From NCBI GenBank assembly GCA_963845635.1, contig CAWJSW010000007.1:83655-147654 (forward strand): a stretch of DNA of 64,000 nucleotides, given 5' to 3'. This DNA is from an uncultured Solirubrobacteraceae bacterium. GTDB taxonomy: Bacteria > Actinomycetota > Thermoleophilia > Solirubrobacterales > Solirubrobacteraceae. The position numbers were made by a program, and so were the translations under genes. This document shows positions 30,652-40,631 of this stretch, piece after piece (position 1 is the first letter of the stretch; each line of letters opens with the position of its first letter). The notes below the pieces were generated by a model. The model was not told where the DNA came from and made no database searches. It saw nothing but the letters and a program-made list of their open reading frames with translations.

Positions 30652-31428
30652 CTACCTCGCTGCGTCGTCGAGCACTCGCGCGGCGTCGTCGAGCACTCGC
30701 TCGAGCGTGCGGTAGACGTCCGGGTGCACCGACATGCCGCAGTGGCTGGAGTCGACCTCGACCGGCTGCGCGTACGGATCGAGGCAGGCGCGCCAGTCGA
30801 CGATCGCGTCGCTGCACGAGTACACCGCCACCGCCTCGATGTGCGGCGCGAGCGGAGCTTGCAGCTCGTCTCTGAAGTCGGCGCAGCAGGCACCGTCCTT
30901 GCAGCTCGTCGAGAAGACGCGCGGCAGGCCCAGGTCGCCGAGGCGCGCGAGCAGGCGCACCGTGCGCAACACCGGCGTCGAGACGGCCAGCCCGTCGCAC
31001 ACCGGCGAACCGAGCATCACCAGCCCCGACACGCTGTCCGGGTCGCGCACCGCCAGCGAGCGGGCGAGCGTTCCGCCGCGGCTCTGCCCGATCAGCGTGA
31101 CCGGGCAATCGCAGGCCGCGGCCAGTCGCTCCAGATCCACCTCCAGGCGGCTCACGATCTCCTCGGAGCAGCCGACGTTGACGCGCATCCCGCTCATCGC
31201 CACACGGTGGCCGCGACGGCGCAGCCAGTGGCGCATGAGCCCCAACGAGCTGTCCCCGGCCATGAACCCCGGGATCAAAAGCACCGGCGGCCCCTGTTGC
31301 TCACGCCGGCGAACGCGCAGCTCGCCGCCGGCGAGCAGCCGCATGAGCTCGCCGCTATAGCGCAGCTCTCCCCATACCGGCGCCTCCAGCGCCCTCTCCA
31401 CGCCCTCCTGCGCGGTCATCGTCGACAT
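30652..31428 (-). CDS. Lipase/esterase-like alpha/beta hydrolase
   Basis: VLLIPGF oxyanion region, GQSRGG nucleophile, SDAIVDW and SHCGM; ends 5 nt before the WS/DGAT start. Confidence 0.8.
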   Translation of the reverse strand: MSTMTAQEGVERALEAPVWGELRYSGELMRLLAGGELRVRRREQQGPPVLLIPGFMAGDSSLGLMRHWLRRRGHRVAMSGMRVNVGCSEEIVSRLEVDLERLAAACDCPVTLIGQSRGGTLARSLAVRDPDSVSGLVMLGSPVCDGLAVSTPVLRTVRLLARLGDLGLPRVFSTSCKDGACCADFRDELQAPLAPHIEAVAVYSCSDAIVDWRACLDPYAQPVEVDSSHCGMSVHPDVYRTLERVLDDAARVLDDAAR

Positions 31429-31495
31429 AGGATAGGGGTGAGGACGGTCGCCCACAAGCCCCATCCGCTGTGCGTCGCGCGTACGATCACTGCCT

Positions 31496-32389
31496 GTGTC
31501 GATCCGACCCGGCGAACCGCCGCCCACCAGCACCGAGCCGACGATCACGCGTCTGTTGATCGCGTGCGCCGATCGACCGGGCATCGTGGCCGCCGTGTCG
31601 CGCTTCCTGCACGAGGCCGGCGCCAACATCGTCAGCTCGAGCCAGCACTCGACCGACCCCCTGGACGGCCAGTTCTTCATGCGCATGGAGTTCAACCTGC
31701 CGCTGGAGCCCGCGGCCAGGCGCGCGCTGGAAGAGCGCTTCGCGCGGACGGTGGCCGACGGCCTGGAGATGCGATGGACGATGTGGGATGCGCAGCGACC
31801 GAAGCGGATGGCGATCCTGGCCTCGCGCCGTGACCACTGCCTGCTCGACCTGATGTGGCGCTGGCGCGATGGCCAGCTGGCCGCGGACATCGCGCTCGTG
31901 GCCTCCAACCACCCGGACCTGCGCGCCGACGTCGAGTCCTTCGGCCTGCGCTACCGGCACGTGCCCGTCCCGCCGGAGGGCAAGCCGGAGGCCGAGCGCG
32001 AGTTGCTGGAGCTTTTGCTCGGCGAGGTCGACGTGGTGGTGCTCGCCCGCTACATGCAGATCCTCAGCGGAGACTTCCTCGAGCGCCTCGGCGTGCCCGT
32101 GATCAACATCCACCACAGCTTCCTGCCGGCGTTCGCCGGCGCTAACCCCTACGAGCAGGCCAAGCAGCGCGGCGTGAAGCTGATCGGCGCGACCGCCCAC
32201 TACGTGACCGAGGAGCTCGACGCGGGCCCGATCATCGAGCAGGACGTGATCCGCGTGAGCCACCGCGACGACGTTCGCACGCTCACCAGGCGCGGCGCTG
32301 ACATCGAGCGCATCGTGCTGGCGCGAGCCGTGCAGTGGCACTGCGAAGACCGCGTGCTGGGAAACGGCGCCACCACCGTCGTGTTCTGA
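31496..32389 (+). CDS. purU: Formyltetrahydrofolate deformylase
   Basis: [12 protein letters not shown] domain, [32 protein letters not shown] and LDAGPIIEQ motifs. Confidence 0.95.
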   Translation: MSIRPGEPPPTSTEPTITRLLIACADRPGIVAAVSRFLHEAGANIVSSSQHSTDPLDGQFFMRMEFNLPLEPAARRALEERFARTVADGLEMRWTMWDAQRPKRMAILASRRDHCLLDLMWRWRDGQLAADIALVASNHPDLRADVESFGLRYRHVPVPPEGKPEAERELLELLLGEVDVVVLARYMQILSGDFLERLGVPVINIHHSFLPAFAGANPYEQAKQRGVKLIGATAHYVTEELDAGPIIEQDVIRVSHRDDVRTLTRRGADIERIVLARAVQWHCEDRVLGNGATTVVF

Positions 32390-32439
32390 GCCGCGCGCGG
32401 GCCTCGCTGTCGTGCGGGCGTCGCCAGCCCGGCCAGCAG

Positions 32440-34059
32440 CTAGGCCGATGCCGCCTGCGCCGGCGCCCCGGCGAGCTCCGCGTGCGCGTCCTGCTCGGCG
32501 AGCGCGCCTGCGTTTCGAATCACATCTGCGGCGCGCTCGGCGACGGCGATCGTCGGGGCGTTGGTGTTCCCGCGAGGCACGGTCGGCATCACCGAGGCGT
32601 CCACCACGCGCAGCCCCTCCAGGCCGTTGACCCTCAAATCCACGTCCACCACCGCCTCAGCGTCGGCGCCCATGCGGCAGGTGCCGACGGGGTGATAGAC
32701 GGAGTAGGTCGTGCGCGCGATCAGATCGCGGATCGCCTCGTCGCTGTCGTCGGAGGCACCGATGCACGACTCGACGCAGTACGGCGCGAGCGCCGGCTGG
32801 GAGCAGATCTCGAGCGTCAGACGCATGCCGGCGATCATGCGCTGCATGTCGTCGCCGGCCGTGTAGAAGGAGTGGTGGACGATCGGCTTGGCGGTCGGGT
32901 TCTTGGAGGCCAGGCGCACGTAGCCGCGGCTGTGCGGCGTGAGCAGGCACGGCGAGACGAGCATGCCGTGGCCCTCCGGGTCGCTCATGCCCTCGTCCAG
33001 GAGTTCCAGAGGCACGACGTGCCACTGGATGTCCGGCGCGGGTGCGTCCGGCGCGACGCGCGCGAAGCCGCCGGCCTCGGCGAAGTTCGACGCGAACGGA
33101 CCGGTCTGGGTGGCTTCGTACTCCTTCAGCGTCTCGGGCTCCAGCGAGCGCAGCAGGCTGACTTCCTCCGGCGTCGTCCACACCCCGTAGGCGCCCGCGT
33201 GGTCTGACAGGTTCTCGCCAACCGCGGGCTGGTCGAGCAGCACCTCGATTTCGCGCATCGCCAGGTGCTCGGCGGGACCGATGCCCGAGAGCATCAGCAG
33301 CTGCGGCGTGTTGTACGCGCCGCCGCACAGGATCACCTCACGCTCGGCGCGCAGCTCCTGCGCCTGCCCGAGCTGGCTGGCGCGCACGCCGACCGCGCGC
33401 GTGCCCTCGAACAGCACCTGCTCGACGAGCATGTACGGCATCACGGTGAGGTTTGCCCGCTCGCTGACCGGGTGCAGGTAGGCGACGGCCGCGCTCGCGC
33501 GCATGCCGCCGCGCTGGGTCACCTGGTAGAGGCCGACGCCGTCCTGCTGATCGCCGTTGAAGTCCTCGTTGCGCGGGAGGCCAGCCTGCACCCCGGCCTC
33601 GACGAACGCGCTCGCCATCGGGTTGCGGGAGCGTCCTTCGCTGACCGGCAGCGGCCCGCCGGCGCCGTGCCAGCGCGAGGCGCCGCGCTCGTTGTCCTCG
33701 GCCTTCAGGAAGTAGGGGATCAGATCGGCCGCCGACCAGCCGGGCACGCCCCATTCGTCGTAGTCGCGGCGGTTGCCGCGGATGTAGACCATCGCGTTGA
33801 TCGAGGAGGAGCCGCCCAGAACCCTCCCGCGAGGCAACGGTATGCGCCTGCCATTGCATTCGGGCTCGGGCGCGGTGCAGTAGTCCCAGTCGACCTCGGT
33901 GCGCGCGAGCTGAAGGTAGCCGAGCGGCACGTGGATGTTCTCGTCGACGTCGGGGGGCCCTGCCTCGAGCAGCAGCACCTGCACGTCGGGATCCTCGCTG
34001 AGCCGATTGGCGAGCACGCACCCGGCTGAGCCTGCACCAACGATCACGTAGTCGTACAT
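32440..34059 (-). CDS. GMC family oxidoreductase (choline/alcohol dehydrogenase-like)
   Basis: YDYVIVGAGSAGC, RGRVLGGSSSINAM, VGENLSDH, YHPVGTCRMG and RVVDASVMP...GNTNAPTI motifs. True start ATG 34059. Confidence 0.92.
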   Translation of the reverse strand: MYDYVIVGAGSAGCVLANRLSEDPDVQVLLLEAGPPDVDENIHVPLGYLQLARTEVDWDYCTAPEPECNGRRIPLPRGRVLGGSSSINAMVYIRGNRRDYDEWGVPGWSAADLIPYFLKAEDNERGASRWHGAGGPLPVSEGRSRNPMASAFVEAGVQAGLPRNEDFNGDQQDGVGLYQVTQRGGMRASAAVAYLHPVSERANLTVMPYMLVEQVLFEGTRAVGVRASQLGQAQELRAEREVILCGGAYNTPQLLMLSGIGPAEHLAMREIEVLLDQPAVGENLSDHAGAYGVWTTPEEVSLLRSLEPETLKEYEATQTGPFASNFAEAGGFARVAPDAPAPDIQWHVVPLELLDEGMSDPEGHGMLVSPCLLTPHSRGYVRLASKNPTAKPIVHHSFYTAGDDMQRMIAGMRLTLEICSQPALAPYCVESCIGASDDSDEAIRDLIARTTYSVYHPVGTCRMGADAEAVVDVDLRVNGLEGLRVVDASVMPTVPRGNTNAPTIAVAERAADVIRNAGALAEQDAHAELAGAPAQAASA

Positions 34060-35084
34060 GTCTCCTCTTCCCCTGGCTGTGTGGCCAGAATACTCCTCCG
34101 CTGGCGCTCGGGCGCAACCCGCACGACGTCCCACACGACACCGGTGCGCTCGAGCCCCACGATCAGCCACGCGGACGGGTCGAGCTGCCACCAGCGCAGG
34201 CCGTGGCGGGCGGAGGTGGGAAAGGCGTGGTGGTTGTTGTGCCATGCCTCGCCGAGCGTCGGCAGCGCGAGCCAGGCGAGGTTGCGTGACTCGTCCCCGG
34301 TGGCGTAGCGGCGATCGCCGAAGAAGTGACACAGCGAGTTGATCGAGAACGTGGAGTGGTGCAGGCAGAACATGCGCACGGCACCGCCCCACAGCAGGCC
34401 GGTCAACCCCCCCGCGAGCGTGCCGGTGAGCGCGATGCCCAGGCCGAACGGGAACGCCAGCCCCGCGAGCACCCACAGCAGGAACGTGCGGTCGACGAAG
34501 CGCAGCAACGGGTCGCCCAGCAGGTCCTTCGCGTAGCGCTGCTCGTCGGCCAGCGGTTCGCCGTTGATGAGCCAGCCGAAGTGGGCGTGGAACAGACCCG
34601 CGAGCGCGCCGCGCCAGCCACGCGCGCGCTCGACGTGGGGGCTGTGCGGATCGCCGTGACGATCGGAGAAGCGATGGTGCTTGCGGTGGTTGGCGACCCA
34701 CTCGATCACCGGGCCCTCGACCGCCGCCGAGCCCAACGCGGCCAGCAGCGCGCGTAGCGGGGCGCTGGTCTTGAAGCTGCGGTGGGTGAACAGGCGATGG
34801 AAGCCGACGGTCACCCCCAGCCCGGTGAGCAGGTAGGTGATCGCCAGCACCACGAGGTCCGACCAGCGCAGCGCTCCGCCCCAGGCACGCCACGCTGCCA
34901 GGCCGACGAGCGCGACCGGCACGACCGTCACCACGATCGTGGCAGCGCGCCCCACGAGGTCGCCCGGCATCGCGGAGTGCTCCCGAGCTTGCCCGCCCGC
35001 CACCGCCTGCGCCGCCGCGCCGTCTACCGGGCCCTCGGCGCCGCACCCGCGCGCGGGTGCGGCTTGATCGAGCTCGAGCGCCAT
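34044..35084 (-). CDS. Membrane acyl-CoA (delta-9-type) fatty acid desaturase
   Basis: Three His boxes HRLFTH, HRKHH and HNNHH; overlaps the GMC start. Confidence 0.92.
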   Translation of the reverse strand: MALELDQAAPARGCGAEGPVDGAAAQAVAGGQAREHSAMPGDLVGRAATIVVTVVPVALVGLAAWRAWGGALRWSDLVVLAITYLLTGLGVTVGFHRLFTHRSFKTSAPLRALLAALGSAAVEGPVIEWVANHRKHHRFSDRHGDPHSPHVERARGWRGALAGLFHAHFGWLINGEPLADEQRYAKDLLGDPLLRFVDRTFLLWVLAGLAFPFGLGIALTGTLAGGLTGLLWGGAVRMFCLHHSTFSINSLCHFFGDRRYATGDESRNLAWLALPTLGEAWHNNHHAFPTSARHGLRWWQLDPSAWLIVGLERTGVVWDVVRVAPERQRRSILATQPGEEETCTTT

Positions 35085-35183
35085 CTCCCGCACGACGATA
35101 CTGCCTTAGAATCCCGCCGGTGCGCGCTGTTCTCGCAACGCTGTCCCCCGGCCACGTCCACCTGTTCTGAGCGAGCTCCGTCG

Positions 35184-36140
35184 ATGGCCTACGCGCTGGG
35201 ACTGGAGGAGGTGGGTGACGGTCTCTACGCCTACCTTCAGCCGGACGGCGGCTGGGGCTGGAGCAACGCCGGTCTGATCGTCGCGGACCCGGCCGACGCT
35301 GGTGCAGGCACGCTGCTGGTTGACACGCTGTACGACCTGACGCTGACCGAGCGGATGCTGCACACGATGCGCAGCGCGGTGCCGGCGGCGGCGCGCATCG
35401 ACACGCTCGTCAACACCCACGCCAACGGCGATCACTGCTACGGAAACCAGCTGGTCGGCGACGCGCGCATCGTCGCCTCCGAGCGCACGGCCGCGGAGAT
35501 GAGCGAGCTGCCCCCGGCGGCGATGGCCGCGCTGGTAGAGCAGGCCCCGGCGATGGGGGAGGTGGGCGCGTTCTTCCTCGAGTGCTTCGGTGCGTTTGAT
35601 TTCCGTGGGATCGAGCTGTCGCTGCCAGGCCACACGTTCAGCGGCGAGCTGGAGCTGCGCGTGGGCGAGCACGAGCTGCGCCTGATCGAGGTCGGCCCAG
35701 CGCACACGCGCGGCGACACGCTCGTCCACGTGCCGGCGCAGCGCGTGCTGTTCTCCGGCGACATCCTGTTCTCGCAGGCCCACCCGATCGCGTGGGCGGG
35801 ACCGGTGTCGAACTGGATCGCGGCCTGCGAACGCATCCTCGCGATGGACGTCGAGGTGATCGTGCCGGGTCACGGGCCGCTCGCGGGCGCGCCTGCGGTG
35901 CGTGAGCTGAAGGCGTACTTCGAGTACCTGTATGCGCAGGCGCGCTCGCGCCACGCGGAGGGGATGTCGGCGATGCAGGCAGCGCGCTCGATCGCGCTCG
36001 ATCGCTGGGCGGACTGGGGCGAGCCGGAGCGGCTGGTGGTCAACGTCGCGAGCATCTACCAGGAGCTGTGGGACGAGCAGGAGCCGCTGAACCCGCTGGC
36101 GGCGTTCGAGCAGATGGCCGAGCTGGCGCGGGCTCGCTGA
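35184..36140 (+). CDS. MBL-fold metallo-hydrolase (cyclase-like)
   Basis: GWGWSNAGL, THANGDH, AHTRGD, GDILF and VPGHGP motifs. Confidence 0.88.
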   Translation: MAYALGLEEVGDGLYAYLQPDGGWGWSNAGLIVADPADAGAGTLLVDTLYDLTLTERMLHTMRSAVPAAARIDTLVNTHANGDHCYGNQLVGDARIVASERTAAEMSELPPAAMAALVEQAPAMGEVGAFFLECFGAFDFRGIELSLPGHTFSGELELRVGEHELRLIEVGPAHTRGDTLVHVPAQRVLFSGDILFSQAHPIAWAGPVSNWIAACERILAMDVEVIVPGHGPLAGAPAVRELKAYFEYLYAQARSRHAEGMSAMQAARSIALDRWADWGEPERLVVNVASIYQELWDEQEPLNPLAAFEQMAELARAR

Positions 36141-36327
36141 GCGCGGCGGGCAAAGCGCGCCGGCGGCGCTGGCCGGCGCGAGCACGAACGCGACCGTGCG
36201 CGGCGTCGAATCGGACCTCTGCGAGCCGCGACGTTTGCGCATGAGACATGCAGGGAAGTATGTGTCCGTCAATAGGTGGGCTGGCGCACACCGGGAAAGC
36301 CGCGGAGCGGGAGGGGTGAGGACTTCG

Positions 36328-38736
36328 ATGAGGGATTCGTGCGGGCGCGCGTGGCCTGTGACGGCGGTGGCGATCGCGAGCGTGGTCGCGCTGGCGCTGA
36401 CCCCCACGGGCGCTCTGGCTTCGGCGAAGTCGCAGCGGATCGCTGACAGCGTGCCCGGGATCCCGGGACTGCCGACGGGGGTCCCGCCCGCGGCGGAGAC
36501 CCCCGAACCGTCGTTGCCGGCGCCTTCGAGCTCGGAATGGCCGTTCTCGAACGACTTCTCGCACACCTCCGGCACGGGGCTGCTGTCCGGCGGAGCGAGC
36601 CTGTGGACGGACTTCGTGTACGACGACCACGGGCCGCTGGGCAGCCCGGTGGGGATCGCTGACAACGCCAAAATCTCATCGTTGGCGGAGGTGCACGGCG
36701 GCTTTGAATACCCCGAAGGCCCGGCCGACAAAGACGGCGCGGACATCTTCACCGCCGCCGTCGGCTACACGCCCGAAGCGACGTACTGGCGAGTGGACTG
36801 GAACTCGCTGGCGGACGCGGACGTTCCGATCGCGGAGTGGGCGATCAGCACCGGTCAGGCGTCGCCGGCGAGCGGTGAAGAATGGCCGGCGAACGCAAAG
36901 CTGAAGTCGGCTGGCATCCAGTACGCGCTGGTGGTCTCCGCCCAGCACGCGCAGCTGCTGGAAGTGGCCAGCGGCAAGCCGGTTCCCGGCGCGGAACTGC
37001 ACACGGAAGTGAACATGGCGGCGCGCTCGTTCATCGTGCGCATCCCCACGAGCGTGCTGGCGGTGAGCGGCAGCTGGAAGGTGCGCCTGGGGGCCGGGCT
37101 GGCCAACCCCGAAGGCACCGAATTCGCCACGGTGGGGCCCGAAGACGGCGGCATACCGGAGGGCACGAACGTGTACAACGTGACCTTCCGCAGCTACCAG
37201 CAGGAGAAACCGGTGGTGTGCCCGAGCGAAGCCCTGCCGGACTCCTCCGCGATCAACTCGGCGGTGGAAGGCGAACTCGGCGGCGAAAGCGGCGAACAGA
37301 ACCACGTGCCGGTGATCGAGTGCTCTAACTACTGGATGGAAAGCGACCAGGCCAACACGCTGGCCACGGGCAACGTGTCGAAGTACTCGCTCACGCTCGA
37401 CTGGTCGCAGCTGGCAGCCAAGACGTCGACCCTCGAACCGAAACCCACCGGCTACACCAACCGCTGGTACGTCAGCCCGCTCGAGCTGGGCGAAGGCGTG
37501 ATCGCGGCGGAAGGAACAAACACCTACACCGGCCCGACCTACCTCGGACGGGTGCAGCCCTACGCGGTGTACGTGCCCACCACCTACAACCCCAAGAAGC
37601 CAGCGCCGCTGACGTGGATCCTGCACTCGCTGGGCGTCAACCTCAACCAGTACGGCGGCCTCGCCCCCTCGCAGATCCAGGAAGAGTGCCAGGACCGCAA
37701 CAGCATCTGCGCGACCACCGAGGGCTTCAGCGACGGGCAGTGGTACTACGAAGCCGCCCAGGTCGACTTCTGGGACGTGTGGCACCAGCTCGCATCCGAC
37801 TACGACCTGAACCCCGACGCGACCGTCATGTCCGGGTACTCGATGGGCGGCTTTGCCTCCTACAAGCTCGCCCTCGAATACCCCGACCTGTTTGCCCAGT
37901 CGATGCCGCTGGAGGGGCCGGTCGTGTGCGGCACGCGGATCGTCGAAGGGGTCGAAACCGCGGCGGGCTCCGGTGGCGAGTGTGAAAGTGACGGCAAGAC
38001 CGCGCCGCTGATCGTGAACGGCAAGTGGATTCCCTACGTGATGACCTACGGCGCCCTCGACGAGCTGGTGCCGTTCACCGGCGGCCTCGAACAGGTCGAA
38101 GACTTCAACAAGCTCGGCTACCGCTACTACGCGCTGCTGTATCCGGCGGAGGACCACCTGGTGTTCGCGAGCCAGAACGACTTCGCGCCCGCGACCTCGC
38201 AGCTGGGTGAGCGCGAACGCGTGCAGGACCCCGGCTCGTTCACCTTCACGTGGTATCCGGAACTGGACTCGAGCGCGCTGGGCATCGGCCCGAGCGGCGA
38301 CTACTGGGTGAGCGGGCTTCAGGCGCGCAGCAGCGGGCCGGGTGTGCTCGCCACCGTGACGGCGTCTTCGGCGGCGATCCGCGAGCCGCAGGAGACCGTG
38401 GAACATCACACGGGGACGGCCGACGGCCCGACGCCGGCGGTGACCGACTCGCTCACGTGGAAGGCCGGAGCGACGCCGGCCGCCCGTCAAGCGCTGACGC
38501 TCCAGTTGACGAACGTGGCGGCGGCGAGCGTGGAAACGGCGAAGGCGGGGCTGAAGTGCGCGACGATCACCGCAGCCAGCGATGGCCCGAGCGCGCTCAC
38601 GCTGTTGCAGCTGCGACCAGGGAGCGCGGTCACCGACAACGGCGCGGCACTCGGATCGGTGCCGGCCAGCGGCAGCGAGACGGTGAGCCTGGCGAGCGGC
38701 ACGAGCACCCTGCACGCGTGCTCGAACCACGGCTGA
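36328..38736 (+). CDS. Large secreted protein with an alpha/beta-hydrolase (esterase/depolymerase-like) domain
   Basis: Signal peptide; YAVYVP, ILHSLG, GYSMGG nucleophile, GALDE and EDHL triad candidates; long uncharacterised N- and C-terminal domains. Confidence 0.78.
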   Translation: MRDSCGRAWPVTAVAIASVVALALTPTGALASAKSQRIADSVPGIPGLPTGVPPAAETPEPSLPAPSSSEWPFSNDFSHTSGTGLLSGGASLWTDFVYDDHGPLGSPVGIADNAKISSLAEVHGGFEYPEGPADKDGADIFTAAVGYTPEATYWRVDWNSLADADVPIAEWAISTGQASPASGEEWPANAKLKSAGIQYALVVSAQHAQLLEVASGKPVPGAELHTEVNMAARSFIVRIPTSVLAVSGSWKVRLGAGLANPEGTEFATVGPEDGGIPEGTNVYNVTFRSYQQEKPVVCPSEALPDSSAINSAVEGELGGESGEQNHVPVIECSNYWMESDQANTLATGNVSKYSLTLDWSQLAAKTSTLEPKPTGYTNRWYVSPLELGEGVIAAEGTNTYTGPTYLGRVQPYAVYVPTTYNPKKPAPLTWILHSLGVNLNQYGGLAPSQIQEECQDRNSICATTEGFSDGQWYYEAAQVDFWDVWHQLASDYDLNPDATVMSGYSMGGFASYKLALEYPDLFAQSMPLEGPVVCGTRIVEGVETAAGSGGECESDGKTAPLIVNGKWIPYVMTYGALDELVPFTGGLEQVEDFNKLGYRYYALLYPAEDHLVFASQNDFAPATSQLGERERVQDPGSFTFTWYPELDSSALGIGPSGDYWVSGLQARSSGPGVLATVTASSAAIREPQETVEHHTGTADGPTPAVTDSLTWKAGATPAARQALTLQLTNVAAASVETAKAGLKCATITAASDGPSALTLLQLRPGSAVTDNGAALGSVPASGSETVSLASGTSTLHACSNHG

Positions 38737-38768
38737 CTTCGCGCGCGCGGACCGGAGCGTGCGCGCGC

Positions 38769-38918
38769 TCAGCCCTCGGCTGACGGAGGCTCCCGTTCGC
38801 TCCAGCGCGCGGCCCATTGGTGCAGCGGCGCGAGCGCCTCGAGCAGCGCGGCGCCCTCCGCGGTGAGCGAGTAGCCGCTGCCCCGCTCGGCGATCACGAC
38901 GCCCGCTTCGCGAAGCTG
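38769..38918 (-). pseudogene. 3' half of an HxlR-type winged-helix regulator
   Basis: QLREAGVV...GYSLTAEGAALLEALAPLHQWAARW; an in-frame TGA lies just upstream and there is no start codon. Confidence 0.7.
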
Positions 38919-39336
38919 GCCTCACGCATGCGCCCGCTCGGAGCCGGCCTGCTCGGGCACCCCCGCCTGGCGCCGCGCGATCGCGAGCTTGTGATCCTCC
39001 GCACCTGCGCGCGCGGGAGCGGAGTACGAGTGGGGGGTACACGCGCTCGCGTTCGCCAAGCCGCTCGGCCTCAGCGACCGCCAGCTGGAGGCGACTGTCC
39101 ACGGCTCGCCCGATAACGAGGTGTGGACGCACGCCGACGCGCAGCTGATCGCCACGGCGGACGCATTGCACGACTCCAACACGATCCCCGACGAGCTGTG
39201 GCAGGGCCTGCGCGAGCGCCTGCGCAGCGATCAGCTGCTCGAGCTGGTGGTCGTGGCCGGCTGGTACCGCTTGATCTCCTACGTGATCAACGCCGCGGGC
39301 CTCGAGCTCGAGCCGTGGGCGGCGCGCTTCCCGTGA
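38916..39336 (+). pseudogene. Carboxymuconolactone decarboxylase (CMD/AhpD-like) gene, 5'-truncated and frameshifted
   Basis: RELVILRTCAR in one frame continues as GAEYEWGVH...VAGWYRLISYVIN in another; frameshift at about 39015. Confidence 0.75.
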
Positions 39337-39337
39337 C

Positions 39338-39904
39338 TCAGCGGCGCCCGCGCGGGGCGCGCTCGCGGTAGGCGCGAACCTTCGTGCGGTTGCCGCAAAC
39401 GGCCATCTCGCACCACACGCCCGAGCGGTTGCGCGAGCGATCGTAGAACGCCCATTGGCAATCGTGGGCGCGGCACGCCTTGACGCGCTGCCAGGTGCCG
39501 TCCTCGAGCGCATGGGCGATCGGTATGAGCAGGCGCGCCAAGGCGCCGTCCACGCCTTGCGCGCCAGCCAGCAGGCTGACGGCGCCGGTGTCGGTGAAAT
39601 GCACGCCGAGCTTGCCCCGACGCGCGGCTAGCTCCAGCTCACGAGCCGCGCGCGGATCGGAGTCCGCGCCGTTGTTGGCGAGCATCAGCGCGCGCAGCGC
39701 TTCACGCAGCTCGATCGCGTGCACGTGATCGCCCGCGGTCGCAGGGCGGACACGCTCGGCGATCAGCCCGGCGTCAGCGAGCCAGCCGGTGAGCTCAGCC
39801 GGGCTCGAGAGCGCGTCCGTACCAGCGTCGACGTCGAGCGAGTTGACGAAGTCGATCGGGAGGTCGAGCCCATGCGGCGCTGATGTTGTGGCTTTCGCTG
39901 ACAC
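39338..39904 (-). CDS. CGNR zinc finger / ABATE domain protein
   Basis: DFVNS N-terminus; KAC...C.WAFYDRSRNRSGVWCEMAVCGNR.K C-terminus. Confidence 0.92.
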   Translation of the reverse strand: MSAKATTSAPHGLDLPIDFVNSLDVDAGTDALSSPAELTGWLADAGLIAERVRPATAGDHVHAIELREALRALMLANNGADSDPRAARELELAARRGKLGVHFTDTGAVSLLAGAQGVDGALARLLIPIAHALEDGTWQRVKACRAHDCQWAFYDRSRNRSGVWCEMAVCGNRTKVRAYRERAPRGRR

Positions 39905-39961
39905 CGGTGAAAATCTATGATAGGTTACGACACCAGCTATCCGCTAACGGAGGTGACAACG

Positions 39962-40450
39962 ATGCTAACGCAGGGACTGGACGCCGTCGCAAACGAACCG
40001 TTTCTGAGCGAGTACGAGCGGCAGATCGGCCGCACCTTCAGGCCGGACCGGCTCACCCGACTCCAGGCACGAATGCGCGGGCGCTCGCTCGATCGGGCGC
40101 TGATCGCGGGCGCCGACCCGGCCGGCTCCAGAGCGCTGGCGGCACGGGCCGCGCACCTGACCTCGCAACGCAGTCGTGCACTCACGGCAGGGGGACTCGA
40201 GCGCCTCGTGCGGCAGGCAGCGGCGAACGGCAGGCGTTGGCGGGTACTCGTGCGGCCCGACTGCGTGCTCGAGAACGCGAGCGCGATCTGCCAGCTCGCA
40301 AGCCTGCTGCGCAGTGACGCACCGGTGTATGCGAGCGGAGTGGCGATCGTCAACCAACTGTTGACGGACGGCGCTGGCGCGGCGTACGTGGGCGACGCCG
40401 CGCAGCTCGCCAGCGAGCTGGCGCGCGCCCGCACGGCATTGGCCGGCTGA
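39962..40450 (+). CDS. Hypothetical protein
   Basis: GGAGG before ATG 39962; SLDRALIAGADP..S.ALAARA motif typical of an actinobacterial hypothetical family; divergent from the CGNR gene. Confidence 0.65.
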   Translation: MLTQGLDAVANEPFLSEYERQIGRTFRPDRLTRLQARMRGRSLDRALIAGADPAGSRALAARAAHLTSQRSRALTAGGLERLVRQAAANGRRWRVLVRPDCVLENASAICQLASLLRSDAPVYASGVAIVNQLLTDGAGAAYVGDAAQLASELARARTALAG

Positions 40451-40457
40451 CGCGCGA

Positions 40458-40631
40458 TCAGCGCCGCTTGGACGCGGCGCGAGCGCGGCCGGCCTCGCGC
40501 GGCGGGTAGCGCTTTCGCTCATCAGGCGTCATCTGCCTGATCACCAGCTTGCCCTGCGCGACCTGCTCGCGCATATCCCTGAGCTTCTCTTCGTGCTTCT
40601 CCTGCTGACGAAGCTGTTGTGGTCCTGGCAC
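40458..40631 (-). CDS. Small basic hypothetical protein (57 aa)
   Basis: GGGAG before GTG; QEKHEEKLRDMREQVAQGKLVIRQMTPDERKRYPPR. Confidence 0.55.
   Translation of the reverse strand: MPGPQQLRQQEKHEEKLRDMREQVAQGKLVIRQMTPDERKRYPPREAGRARAASKRR

Noticed and set aside
30662-30700. 21-bp tandem duplication at the lipase 3' end (RVLDDAA twice)
   Set aside because: It is real but is an in-frame slippage event at a dispensable C-terminus, with no sign of function.
32440-35046. 868-aa fusion protein
   Set aside because: The first 329 codons are an off-frame shadow of the desaturase; the GMC begins at ATG 34059 with its FAD motif.
36676-39513. 945-aa minus-strand ORF and other long antisense ORFs (for example 21929-23776, 12269-13987)
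   Set aside because: These are antisense shadows of real genes, expected in high-GC DNA; they carry no recognisable motifs.
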